From positions 1 through 64,000 of the IMG/VR virus record IMGVR_UViG_3300014204_000130: DNA of 64,000 nucleotides. One strand, written 5' to 3'. This document shows positions 49,775 to 60,117 of the stretch, piece by piece (within the stretch, counting starts at the first letter, position 1; the number at the start of each line of letters is the position of its first letter). A model generated the notes under the pieces. The model was not told the origin of the DNA and did not search any database. It saw nothing but the letters and a program-made list of their open reading frames with translations. Source of the stretch: a virus. Lineage: Duplodnaviria; Caudoviricetes. Made by a program: the position numbers and the translations under genes.

Positions 49775-49831
49775 GGAGAAATTCCCTACCATGTTTTCCC
49801 GGTTTAAAAATTCATTCTCAAAATAGGTTTT

Positions 49832-49927
49832 TGTATCTTTTCCAGATCTTTGGAGGGATACAAAAACCTTGTTGTCGTTCCCGGAATAATCTGTATCTTT
49901 TCCAGATCTTTGGAGGGATACAAAAAC
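49832..49927. repeat. Two identical 36-nt hairpin repeats with a 24-nt spacer (CRISPR-like mini-array)
   Basis: TGTATCTTTTCCAGATCTTTGGAGGGATACAAAAAC at 49832-49867 and 49892-49927; repeat is certain, CRISPR identity is not. Confidence 0.8.
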
Positions 49928-50126
49928 ATTGCATTTTGCAATGTCCACCAAAAGATGCACAACGGTTTATCATTTCCGTTGTCATCTTGCATCTTTCTTC
50001 AGTTAAAAATGATAAAGATCATTTGCAGGCCGTTTCAACGACGGTGACTGCAACGGCTTCAATGCCGTGAAATGATATGTATCCGGTTCGTTTCAGAACT
50101 GGAAAATTCGTAAAGGAGGTGTCATC

Positions 50127-51530
50127 ATGACATCTCAAAACAACGTCGCCAACTTAATCGGAAGTCTTCCGGCTTCCGTAAAAAATATTGCGACCGCCGT
50201 TTCGAAAGTCGGCGGTCGATCGTTTCTGATCGGGGGAGCCGTTCGCGACTTCTTCCGGAACGGCTCCGACCCTAAAGATTTCGACCTTGAAATCCATGGG
50301 TTGCAACTGGAAACCCTGAAAGGGGTTCTCGACGGTCTTGGAATGGAAACCAAGACCGTCGGAGAATCCTTCGGGGTTCTCAAGGTTCGCGACGAGGAAG
50401 GGAACGACCTTGACATCTCCCTTCCTCGTCGAGACAACAAATGTGGCGTCGGCCACAAGGGGTTCACCGTCGAAGTGGACCCCAACATGACTATTCGGGA
50501 AGCTTGTTCCCGTAGGGATTTCACCATCAACACAATGATGGTGGATATCCTCACAGGGTCTATCGAAGACCCATTCGGAGGATTGGAAGACCTCCAAAAG
50601 GGAATCCTTCACCATACCTCGGAGCAATTCTCCGAAGACCCATTACGGGTTCTCCGGGGAATGCAATTCCTTTCCCGGATGGGATTCCGGGCTTCCCAGG
50701 AATTGGAGGAAACCTGTTCAAAATTGGTTTCCTCCTTCTCCGAACTTCCCAAGGAAAGAGTTTGGGAAGAGTGGAAGAAGTGGGCTGCAAAAGCCCAATC
50801 TCCTTCGAAGGGATTGGAATTTCTCCGGAATTCCGGATGGGTTTCCAACTTTCCGGAGTTGGAGGCACTCATCGATCTCAAACAAGAACCCTCCCATCAT
50901 CCCGAAGGGGATGTGTGGGAACACACGCTGCATACGGTCGATGCAGCGTGTAAGATTGCCGGGAGGGAAAATCTCCCGAGTGACCGGAAAGTTGCCCTTA
51001 TGTTAGGGGCACTTTGCCACGATTTCGGTAAGGTAACAACCACCGAAGTTATCGATGGGGTTATCACATCCAGGAAACACAACGTAGCCGGGGAAGAACC
51101 AACCCGGTCATTCATGGCGCGGATAGGTGCGCCAAAAGACCTCACCGAAGAGGTCGTCCATCTGGTCCGTGAACATATGATTCACGTCTTCGGTGAACTG
51201 ACGGACAGCGTTGTTAAAAAGCTGTCCTCCCGGATCAACGGGAAAACCACCGTAATAATGGTTTCACATGTGATCGAGGCTGATCACGGTGGCCGACCTC
51301 CATTCGCCGCCGTTCATCCTTGTCCCCAAATCCTGGAAATGGCAGCGAGATTGAATGTTCTCGCCGCACAACCGAAACCTTTCCTGACCGGACGACATCT
51401 CATCTCGCTCGGGTTCAAACCCGGTCAGGAAATGGGAAAGGTTCTCAAGGAGCTTTTCGACCTTCAACTGGAGGGAAAGATTGCCTCGGAGGAGGAGGCA
51501 ATCACATTCGCGAAAACAACTCGGGATTAA
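50127..51530 (+). CDS. cca: CCA tRNA nucleotidyltransferase/poly(A) polymerase family with HD domain
   Basis: GGAVRD, DFDLE, RRDFTINTM, EDPLRVLR, ERVWEE; HD: HHPEGDVWEHT, LCHDFGK. Confidence 0.92.
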   Translation: MTSQNNVANLIGSLPASVKNIATAVSKVGGRSFLIGGAVRDFFRNGSDPKDFDLEIHGLQLETLKGVLDGLGMETKTVGESFGVLKVRDEEGNDLDISLPRRDNKCGVGHKGFTVEVDPNMTIREACSRRDFTINTMMVDILTGSIEDPFGGLEDLQKGILHHTSEQFSEDPLRVLRGMQFLSRMGFRASQELEETCSKLVSSFSELPKERVWEEWKKWAAKAQSPSKGLEFLRNSGWVSNFPELEALIDLKQEPSHHPEGDVWEHTLHTVDAACKIAGRENLPSDRKVALMLGALCHDFGKVTTTEVIDGVITSRKHNVAGEEPTRSFMARIGAPKDLTEEVVHLVREHMIHVFGELTDSVVKKLSSRINGKTTVIMVSHVIEADHGGRPPFAAVHPCPQILEMAARLNVLAAQPKPFLTGRHLISLGFKPGQEMGKVLKELFDLQLEGKIASEEEAITFAKTTRD

Positions 51531-51645
51531 TCCTCTCCCATGCATCCACGATCTTGTGGAAGGAATGCATTCACGTCGAGTCGTGACATGGGAATTGCAA
51601 ATTCTGTCTTTTGTTGGACAGAAAATTAAACGTAGGAGAATCTAT

Positions 51646-51840
51646 ATGGAAAATTTTGACATTCATTTCAACGGTTCTGTTCGGCCTACAATTTCCGACT
51701 TCGAATGGAAGCGGAAAAAACAGGAACGGGAATTCAACTTCAAAACCAAACGGAATGACGACAAGAGGAACAAGCCTCTCCGGAACGTCGGATTCCGTGC
51801 TCTCTTCACGTATGCAACGGAGGAATCCGACAATGAATAA
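51646..51840 (+). CDS. Small basic hypothetical protein
   Basis: AGGAG RBS; MENFDIH... Confidence 0.6.
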   Translation: MENFDIHFNGSVRPTISDFEWKRKKQEREFNFKTKRNDDKRNKPLRNVGFRALFTYATEESDNE

Positions 51841-52486
51841 TCATAAAATTCTTCAAAAACTCCATGCGTGTTCGGAAGCCGTAAAATGGGCTTCACAGTT
51901 TCCCACGTTACAAGAGGCATGGAAATCATGTCCTCGCGGGGATTGGATGTTGTGGGTAGCGTCCAAATTAAAAATTGACCAACGAGCACTATTCCTCGCA
52001 AGAGGACAATGTGCAAACACTGTCCGGCATCTCATGAAAGATGCCAGAAATATCGCGGCGGTGGATGCAACCATCGCCTTCGGCAAAGGGGAAATCCCAG
52101 AGATTCCAAAAGATGTCATTGCAGCAGCATATGCTGCTGCTGCTGATGATGCTTCTGCTTATGCTTCTGCTTATGCTTCTGCTGCTGCTTATGCTGCTGC
52201 TGTTGCTGCTGATGATGCTTCTGCTTATGCTTATGCTTCTGCTGCTGCTGATGCTGCTGCTTATGCTGCTGCTTATGCTGCTTCTGCTTATGCTTCTGCT
52301 TATGCTTCTGCTGCTGCTTATGCTGCTGCTGTTGCTGCTGATGATGCTGCTGATGCTGATGCTGCTTATGCTGCTGCTTATGCTGCAAGAAGCGAAAATA
52401 GACAGAAAACCGCAAATATCTGTCGGGAAATTCTAACCGATGAGGTATTCTCAAAGTTGAAAAAATTGGAGGATTCCGACGAATGA
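51833..52486 (+). CDS. Phage protein with Ala/Tyr low-complexity tract
   Basis: GGAGG RBS; ACSEA..W...AW..CPRGDWMLW; AAAYAAA repeats. Confidence 0.75.
   Translation: MNNHKILQKLHACSEAVKWASQFPTLQEAWKSCPRGDWMLWVASKLKIDQRALFLARGQCANTVRHLMKDARNIAAVDATIAFGKGEIPEIPKDVIAAAYAAAADDASAYASAYASAAAYAAAVAADDASAYAYASAAADAAAYAAAYAASAYASAYASAAAYAAAVAADDAADADAAYAAAYAARSENRQKTANICREILTDEVFSKLKKLEDSDE
52121..52388 (+). repeat. GCT/TAT/GAT low-complexity coding repeat
   Basis: Direct reading. Confidence 0.9.
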
Positions 52487-52653
52487 CTAAGGAATACCTC
52501 GGCGATTCGGTCTACATCGAGTTCTGTGACCATGAACAAATGGTCACAATCACGACGGAAAATGGATTGATTTCTCCAAGCAACACCATTTTCATGGACA
52601 TGGAGACGCTTGCAAAGTTGGTTAAATTTGCAATTGATAACAAGTTGGTTTGA
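52483..52653 (+). CDS. Small hypothetical protein (56 aa)
   Basis: Not in ORF track; MTKEYLGDSVYIEF...TTENG; ATGA coupling. Confidence 0.65.
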   Translation: MTKEYLGDSVYIEFCDHEQMVTITTENGLISPSNTIFMDMETLAKLVKFAIDNKLV

Positions 52654-52656
52654 GGA

Positions 52657-52887
52657 TTGAACATGCAATTGGAAAAAGAAGTCGATCAAACATTCAAAGT
52701 GGGCGATTACAACCCCACCATGGAACAACGGATTGCACTTCGAAAGAAGTTCGACCAGAACAATTCCGGATTCCATACATTCCACGAATTTGCATCATCT
52801 TCTCAGGTGATGTATGGATCTACTCTGGCTGTAAGATGGGGAAAAATGGTTCTAGTAATTGAACCAGATGGTCACTGTCATTCATAA
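52657..52887 (+). CDS. Hypothetical protein
   Basis: GAGG RBS; C-terminal IEPDGHCHS. Confidence 0.6.
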   Translation: MNMQLEKEVDQTFKVGDYNPTMEQRIALRKKFDQNNSGFHTFHEFASSSQVMYGSTLAVRWGKMVLVIEPDGHCHS

Positions 52888-52898
52888 AATCATTTCAA

Positions 52899-52927
52899 TT
52901 GACAATGGGACTTGCATAGTTTAATAT
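52899..52927 (+). promoter_or_regulatory. sigma70 promoter
   Basis: TTGACA-N17-TAATAT. Confidence 0.65.
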
Positions 52928-52969
52928 CTGATGTCCTGTTGCAATAAAATCAAATCAAAGGAGTTATGT

Positions 52970-53215
52970 ATGATTATCAAACTCTGGGCGGTTAATCCGC
53001 CAATTTCTGAAAAGAAAGAGCGTTCTCTCATGATGAAATGTATTCGGGAGAAGAAAATCCCGACCAATCCACATCCCACAAAGAAACGTTCTCTGGGATA
53101 TGGAGATTTAACGATTAACCTCGACAAAAACACAATGAAACTCAACCATCTCGGGATTGTGGATGGATTTGTTCTACAATATTCCCGGAAGGTTGGGGAA
53201 TTCATCGCCGCTTAA
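52970..53215 (+). CDS. Hypothetical protein
   Basis: AAGGAG RBS. Confidence 0.6.
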   Translation: MIIKLWAVNPPISEKKERSLMMKCIREKKIPTNPHPTKKRSLGYGDLTINLDKNTMKLNHLGIVDGFVLQYSRKVGEFIAA

Positions 53216-53279
53216 ATTTCTGAAACTCTGTCCAGAAATGGACAAAAATTAATGCCGAAAGGCAGAAAGGTTACACAAT

Positions 53280-53885
53280 ATGACTACTCCAGTTGCTAAG
53301 AAGACCATTGGATCTAAGGTTGCTGCTCCCGCCAAGACCGTTGTTGCTCCAGTTGCAATGGCATCTGCTACTAAGCAATGCCCTCCGAATCCTCCACTTA
53401 ACGCAACCCCGGTGAAGCCCGTTCTTCAAGCGGCAACCGTTCTTTCCTCCGTTCTTGAAAAGAAGCGCGGTGGTGGGTTGACCAAGGAAGCCAAAGCCAA
53501 GAAGGAAGCCGAAAAGACGGCCAAGCTCAAGATCATTCGGGGAAAACTGGTCGCCTCACTCCTTGCCGATTCCACTCTTCTGGCTGACCCGTCGGAAATG
53601 GCAGCCGCAATGATCTCACTAGAGGATAAGGTTGTCCTCCAATACGACCTCGAAAACCCTTCCGGTCGTGTCAAATCCGACGGCCATGATGGACGCGGCT
53701 ATACCCCACAAGAAGTGGCTCAGGTTGCCGTCTTTTCTTGGACGCAGAAGTATGGTAAGAACATGACAGAGGAACAGGTAATGGATGCTTGGAAATTCGC
53801 CATGTGTAACCCGAAGGCTCCTCGTGCAAAGACCAAGAGCGTGAAGCCTACGACTCCCCCGGCGATTGCTGAAATTCCAGAATAA
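53280..53885 (+). CDS. Lys/Ala/Pro-rich protein, possibly nucleic-acid binding
   Basis: Histone-H1-like composition; own leader and terminator. Confidence 0.7.
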   Translation: MTTPVAKKTIGSKVAAPAKTVVAPVAMASATKQCPPNPPLNATPVKPVLQAATVLSSVLEKKRGGGLTKEAKAKKEAEKTAKLKIIRGKLVASLLADSTLLADPSEMAAAMISLEDKVVLQYDLENPSGRVKSDGHDGRGYTPQEVAQVAVFSWTQKYGKNMTEEQVMDAWKFAMCNPKAPRAKTKSVKPTTPPAIAEIPE

Positions 53886-53904
53886 ATATTCAATTTGGTT
53901 TCAC

Positions 53905-53942
53905 ACGGGCATTGTGCTTACATAGACAATGCCCGTTCTTTT
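53905..53942 (+). terminator. Rho-independent terminator
   Basis: ACGGGCATTGT-N10-ACAATGCCCGT then TCTTTT. Confidence 0.75.
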
Positions 53943-53958
53943 ACAACGGAGAAATATT

Positions 53959-54849
53959 ATGTATATTGGAATGCATCCAGATAGTGAGCAGTTTATCAGA
54001 TTGCAAAACAAGAACAGATTTAATATTGAAAAACTTCAAGAGGTTGATCTTGAAGAACTTGGACATGTTAAAGTCCAGATACTTTTGGACATCGTAGAGG
54101 ATGAATATGAATGTCCGAAGTGCGAACGGCATGACAAAGATCTTGAGAATTGGAAGGAACAGATTCACGAGATGATTTCAGAGATGTATGCCCTCGTGAA
54201 CTCTGTCCGGGAAAACATGACAGATGATATTACTCCCGAAGAACGCAAAAAGTATTTCGAAGAACATTGCAAGAAATTACAAAAAGCATACTCCGATTGC
54301 ACATTCATCGGAGACGATTTCAATTTCGCAGAATAATCTGTCCAATATTGGACAGAAATTAAATACAGGAGCATTCATTATGCGACAAGCACAATTCGAT
54401 TCAACCGACTTCGACCTTCTTTCAGAACTCGTGAAGCCTCAACACTTCACGAACATCCCACCAATCATCCTTCACCGGTGGGTTGTGTGTTCTCAGTGTA
54501 AGCGAGACATCGACCGTTCCAAGGATACGGTCATCGTAACTGGTGGCAAAACTATCTGCCACAATTGCTATTTGTAAAAAAGGAATTGAATATGAAACCT
54601 CAAACAATCATTCTTCCAATCTTCGAGATAGTCGTTGAAATATTTCCCGGAGGATGTGCAACCATCACTTCCAATTTGAAGAAGGGATATGGTTCAAAGT
54701 CGAACTACGATCCTCCAATCAATGTTGCAATTGATGTAGTTGAAAGTTTGATTCTTGCCCATGCATGTGCTGGAATTGATATCACAGATCGAAGGTATCA
54801 AGAAGGAATCAAAACAACGGTTGAGAAGATTGTAAACGTTTATTCTTAA
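53959..54849 (+). other. Three hypothetical ORFs (53959-54336, 54380-54577, 54592-54849)
   Basis: GGAG/AAGGA RBSs; CxxC in first two. Confidence 0.6.
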
Positions 54850-54899
54850 ACAACTTCGTCTTTTTAATAGACGAAAATTAAACCATAGGAGATTTCCAA

Positions 54900-56039
54900 A
54901 TGAGCATTCAACAAAAGTTTTCTGACAATGTGAAACAACATCGCGGTATTCTCAAACATCTTCTCATCGAACGGGAAGAGATCATAGACGCATTACATAT
55001 CGCACTTCTTTCCCGAAAGAACGTATATCTCATCGGTCCCGGTGGTGAAGGCAAAACAAAAATTGCAAAAGACTTTTCCAAGTTGTGTTCCATGAAATTC
55101 TTTGATCAGCAATTCCATTCATTCACGAAGGTGGACGATTGGGAAGGAATCGTTGATCTTAATGAATTCAAACAAGGAAGACTCATTCGTAAAGTTGCCA
55201 ATTTCGCTCCCGGTGCGGATATCCTTCTTGCCGATGAAATTGGACGTGGTGGAGCTGTCCTATCTTGCATGTATCGATTGCTTAATGAAGGCACTTACAT
55301 GGAAGATGGAGTAATGAAACAAGCTCCAGTTGAATTGGTATTCGCCGGTTCCAATTCCATGTTACCGACTGAGCATGATGCACTGTTCGATAGGTTTCCA
55401 TTCTTCTTCGAATGCAAAAAGGTTTCCAATGAAAACTTATTGGAAATCTTGATGGATGATGATAAAGAAGTCATCCTTCCAGAGAATGAAAAGATTACAA
55501 AGGTAATGGTGCATGAAGCACGATTGGAAATGTTGAAGGTAAAACTTTCAAAAGACATTGCAATGATGATTGTGGATATCAATGCAAAATTGGAAGAAGA
55601 AGGTATCCACATCTCCACTCGACTCAATCGTTGGAGTCGAACCATCCTCCAGTCTTCTGCATATTGCGAAGGAAGACAAGAAGTAATCGATGAAGATGTA
55701 TGGGTTCTTCGCAACGTATACGCCAGAACACTCAAACAGAAACCCATTGTCGCAAAGATATTGAGATCGATATGCAATCAGGAACTCGACTTGATGTTGC
55801 TCACCTTCGACCAGTTGGATGCGTATTTCAACAAATGGGAACAGAATGCATGTCCTAGAATGTTGGATGGTGGTGATTGCGCAGAGAGCGCGAAGGAATT
55901 GCTGAAGGCGATTGAATCGGTAAAGCCGAAGGATATCAACAAGGCAGAACATTCAAGGCTTGTCCTGCAAGGGAAGGCCAAGGTTGCCGCGATCTCCGCA
56001 TCGGCATTGGCGAAACGTCGGCAGGGCGTGAAGGAATAG
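54900..56039 (+). CDS. MoxR/RavA-family AAA+ ATPase
   Basis: GPGGEGKT, LLADEI, LLNE, GSN, ALFDRF. Confidence 0.9.
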   Translation: MSIQQKFSDNVKQHRGILKHLLIEREEIIDALHIALLSRKNVYLIGPGGEGKTKIAKDFSKLCSMKFFDQQFHSFTKVDDWEGIVDLNEFKQGRLIRKVANFAPGADILLADEIGRGGAVLSCMYRLLNEGTYMEDGVMKQAPVELVFAGSNSMLPTEHDALFDRFPFFFECKKVSNENLLEILMDDDKEVILPENEKITKVMVHEARLEMLKVKLSKDIAMMIVDINAKLEEEGIHISTRLNRWSRTILQSSAYCEGRQEVIDEDVWVLRNVYARTLKQKPIVAKILRSICNQELDLMLLTFDQLDAYFNKWEQNACPRMLDGGDCAESAKELLKAIESVKPKDINKAEHSRLVLQGKAKVAAISASALAKRRQGVKE

Positions 56040-56137
56040 CCACTCGCGCCGCCAGACAAAGGGGAACACACATCGGGAACCCGGCGTCCAATATTGGACG
56101 CCAAATTAACATCCCTTAAATGGGAAGGAGTATTACC

Positions 56138-57082
56138 ATGAAGAAACTCAATCCAGTTGAACGGCCTAACCGAACCGTATTCTCTGCAACCAACAAGGCC
56201 GGGAAGTCCTTTGATATCATCGCATATCAAATCGTATTCGGGTTCTCAATCAAGTCGCTCGACATGCAAGTCCTTCACGATGAATGGACGCGGCTTGGAT
56301 TTGATCCCAAATATATGGGAAAAGTTACGAAGGATGGTGTAATCAAACGCGCCATTGCCGAAACTGTACAGGATCTCCGGAATTCCAATTACACATACAA
56401 AAAGATTGGAGATGAGAATTCCGATGTTGTTGTCTACAAAATCTTCAAGATGGAGTGTGAATCCATCAATGGAAAACTTGATGGTGAGATGAAACCATAT
56501 GCTCACATCACATATCGAAAACAATCGGAGATGATTGAAATCGATAATCCAGAAATCGAATCCATGTTGAATACACATTACAAATTCTTCACCTTGAACT
56601 ACATGAATCTCGATTACACACGTTATACCAAGACCATGATTGAACGGGAATCTGTATGTCTTTCACTTCGGCCTCAAGGTGGCGTCTACATTGTCCCGGC
56701 GAAGGACAAAGACATGGTTTACAAACTCAAAGAATTGTTCAATCGGGTTGATCCTGATGGTGACTTTCATATCACCGAAATTCCAGATCTCGATGGTGCC
56801 AAGGAGTCCATTGCATCGGCATATCAACCGGTGATGCAAGACATGTGTGCAAAACTGGAAGAGAAGATCACGGAATTGGAATCCAAGGGAAAGCAACTTT
56901 CGTCCAAGAAGCGGCAAGAGTTGTTCGACGAGGTTTGTTTCCTTGGAAAAGATATCGAACTCATGATGGACGTGTCCGAATACGATTTATCCAGCGGTAA
57001 GGATATGTTGATCAAGGTGAACGAACATATCATGAACTTTACTCCAATTGCAAAGGATGAAACTGAAAACAAGGAGGACTAA
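56138..57082 (+). CDS. Conserved protein between MoxR and vWA genes (DUF6744-like)
   Basis: LRPQGGVYIVP motif; context. Confidence 0.6.
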   Translation: MKKLNPVERPNRTVFSATNKAGKSFDIIAYQIVFGFSIKSLDMQVLHDEWTRLGFDPKYMGKVTKDGVIKRAIAETVQDLRNSNYTYKKIGDENSDVVVYKIFKMECESINGKLDGEMKPYAHITYRKQSEMIEIDNPEIESMLNTHYKFFTLNYMNLDYTRYTKTMIERESVCLSLRPQGGVYIVPAKDKDMVYKLKELFNRVDPDGDFHITEIPDLDGAKESIASAYQPVMQDMCAKLEEKITELESKGKQLSSKKRQELFDEVCFLGKDIELMMDVSEYDLSSGKDMLIKVNEHIMNFTPIAKDETENKED

Positions 57083-57083
57083 C

Positions 57084-58328
57084 ATGTCCATCGTCGAAAA
57101 GAATCCATACGCTGACTTTAAGTATGGGCAGTGTGTCCGTAATGATCGTCCATTCCAAGACAAGATCATGTGGGAGGAGAAATATGATAAAGGTTTCTCC
57201 GAAGACTGCAATGATCTGTTCCAAAGTTTGTATCAGAAAGACGTGAAATTTAATGGAGAAGGAAGAATTAAAACTCTTCTGGATTCCATTAAAGACAGCA
57301 ACGACTTCAAGCAATTGAAGGAACGCACAAAAGGGAATCATGTCCTTGCATATATCGCCATGAAGGACATGATTCCCCAACTGCAACAGATTGCAAAGGA
57401 ACTTCCGAAGGACAACAAACCGCAAGACCAAAAGTCCAAGGATCGTATCCGACAGGGTATGCGGCTTGCAGTTCAAGAAGCCGCAGATACCGTAGAGGAA
57501 GCCGAGGGTATGATCGATGTTCTCGGTATCGGTAAAGAGGGTGGAATTACTACCGATGAAGACGTTGGATCTGCAATTGAATCAGCCAATCGTTTCGCCA
57601 ACGATGAAGTGTTCAAAAGAATCATGGAAATGGCGGGACGGTTCGAACGTCAGGCAGATAGCCAGATTAAAACCAATTGCAGTCACGGACTGGACGAATT
57701 GGTAGGAATCGATAGTTCAGACGACATCGCAAATGTTCTCCCGGAAGAATTGGCCGATGACGATCTATTCAATTTGAACTTTGTCGAATCCAAGTTGCAA
57801 GTGAATAAGTTCCGGGGTAAAGAACCCAAAGAGAAAGGAGCCAAGATTGTTTGTATTGATCGATCCGGAAGTATGGATGGATGGAGATATGAATTCTCCA
57901 GTGCAATCTTGTTTGCAATGTATCTGGTTGCCAAACAAGATGAACTTCCAATGTTCGTGAATCTCTTCGATGTAAATGTTATCTCTCGTGAAATCAAATC
58001 CACGAAGGATATCATGTGGATCATGGGGAAATATATGGGTGGTGGAACCGACTTCAATCTTCCACTCACCCGGTCATTCGAACAAATAGAATCCAATCCC
58101 GAATTCGAGAAAGCCGATATCGTATTCATCACAGATGGATTCGATACACTTTCCGAAGATGTTATGAACAAAATTCAATCAACGAAGAAACGAATTTCAT
58201 TGAAGATCATTTCATTGTTGATTGGACGTGGAAGCACAGAAACATTGAAAGGATTCTCCGACAAAGTATTCCAATGTTGGAACGAAGCAAGCAGTAAAGA
58301 ATTTTGCGAGGAGGTATTCACGGTATGA
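57084..58328 (+). CDS. vWA-domain protein (ViaA/CoxE-like)
   Basis: CIDRSGSM, GGGTDF, ADIVFITDG; AGGAGG RBS. Confidence 0.9.
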   Translation: MSIVEKNPYADFKYGQCVRNDRPFQDKIMWEEKYDKGFSEDCNDLFQSLYQKDVKFNGEGRIKTLLDSIKDSNDFKQLKERTKGNHVLAYIAMKDMIPQLQQIAKELPKDNKPQDQKSKDRIRQGMRLAVQEAADTVEEAEGMIDVLGIGKEGGITTDEDVGSAIESANRFANDEVFKRIMEMAGRFERQADSQIKTNCSHGLDELVGIDSSDDIANVLPEELADDDLFNLNFVESKLQVNKFRGKEPKEKGAKIVCIDRSGSMDGWRYEFSSAILFAMYLVAKQDELPMFVNLFDVNVISREIKSTKDIMWIMGKYMGGGTDFNLPLTRSFEQIESNPEFEKADIVFITDGFDTLSEDVMNKIQSTKKRISLKIISLLIGRGSTETLKGFSDKVFQCWNEASSKEFCEEVFTV

Positions 58329-60000
58329 GATTTGTATTTCGAGGAACTAATAAACAAGATGGTTTCATTGTTGGGTGTGTTGCAACTGCCGAATTGGAAA
58401 AGTTCAAATCCAATACGGTCTATGAAATGGTATTGGTAATGGATACATGGGTTCTAAAAGAACTCGGACCTTCTCATATTCCAATGACCAAGAAAGACAT
58501 TACACCAGAAACATCCGAAGTAGCATGGTCAAATGGTGCGGCAATGGTTGTTAAATGCAATTTCGCAGATGTAGTTCTTACCAAGGAAGAATACAACAAA
58601 TTTCAAAAGGAGAATGCCAATGGATAACAAACCGATGACAAGTAAAGAGATGGCAACCAAATATCAAATCAATATGGGAGACTGTCCATTGTGTGGTTCG
58701 GAAGATGGTATCGTTGTTGAAGATAGAGATTATGCACATTGTATTGTATATGAGAACTGTCACTGTTCTTATTGCAGAAAACAATTCACATTCAAATATG
58801 AACTGACAGAGATCATCAATGAAGATACGGAGGTTTCAAATGGGTAGAGGAAATACATTACCAAACATTCCACGGGATGCAAATGGCGAATTCGTCCTAA
58901 AGTATGAGATGTTCTACGTCAACCCTTCATACAATGAAGAAGGTGAGATTACTGATGATGACGATGAACAATTCCATTCCGATCTGGATTCCATTCTTCC
59001 TAAGTCATTCGATAAGCCATCCACTCGATTATATAATCCCGGTGGATATGGACAGGATGAATTGATATACGCTTACAATACAATGGTTCAAGTATGCTTC
59101 AAGGACAATGAGCGTTCTCTCGCCGTTATCATTCGGGAAATCCAAGACAACGATAGACCCGAAAGAAACTTTGCACCAAAATATATCGGATATCTATACA
59201 AGAAACTCGCACTTGGTCTTCTTGATATGGGATATGAACTGTCCGTTCGTGATGGTGCATGGTGTTCGAAGAAACTTACAAAGGAGATGCTCTAATGTAT
59301 AAATACTATTACAAATACATTCCCGGAGTTGAAAAGGGATTTGAGAATCAATCATATGGAAGACAACTTGATTCTTTGAAAGCAATTCAATACTATAAAA
59401 CGACCGCCATTAGTATATGGATCTCATGCAAACGAAGATCATTCAATACAGCTCTCAAAGAATTCAAAGATCTGTATCGTCCAACAAGTTATTTCGTTAA
59501 ATATAGAATTCCAGATGAATTCTATTCCGATGATTGCGTTGAAGTATTTTATAAAAAAGGAGATTAAATATGGCTGAGAAAGTATTTACATCAGAACAGA
59601 GGGCCGTTAAATATCGAACTAACATGGGTGACTGTCCGGAGTGCGGGTCTTCCGCTGGATTGGAAGATCTCAAGTGCATGTTTGGATTTGTAATCACGTA
59701 TCGCAAGATGAAATGTAATGCTTGCGGTAAGATCTTCCGGATGCAGTATTTCCTGGAATCTATGGCAGCTTACGATAAGGATGATAATGAATTATGAATA
59801 TTCGAACGTTTCGCATTATTGGACCATCTGGCAAATCTTTCATTAGACATGGAGTGAGTGTGGTTGATGTATTGGCGAAGACATACACAGCATACAATCC
59901 ATTATTGTTCTGTCGTATGTCGAGTCCGGGAAGATACTTGTTCCGAGGATTGAAAGGCCATAAAATCTACAACTTCTACGTTCAAGTTATTTCAAATTAA
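58325..60000 (+). other. Six small ORFs (58325-58627, 58614-58847, 58840-59295, 59295-59567, 59570-59797, 59794-60000)
   Basis: Coupled stops/starts and GGAG RBSs; two are Zn-ribbon paralogues. Confidence 0.65.
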
Positions 60001-60030
60001 ATCAATGGTGAGCGCAAACGAAAATTCTTA

Positions 60031-60059
60031 TTGACATTCTTAAAATTCTCTGGTAATAT
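60031..60059 (+). promoter_or_regulatory. sigma70 promoter
   Basis: TTGACA-N17-TAATAT. Confidence 0.7.
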
Positions 60060-60117
60060 CTACACGTAAGCTATCTCTACCATTACGGTTGAGAAATTAA
60101 ATCAATGGAGATCACAT

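Noticed and set aside
51408-51425. GGGTTCAAACCC resembling a tRNA T-arm
   Set aside because: Inside cca coding sequence; no cloverleaf; no tRNA genes found by eye in the window
52041-52454. Poly-Leu/Met and poly-Gln/His ORFs
   Set aside because: Alternative-frame shadows of the Ala-rich repeat
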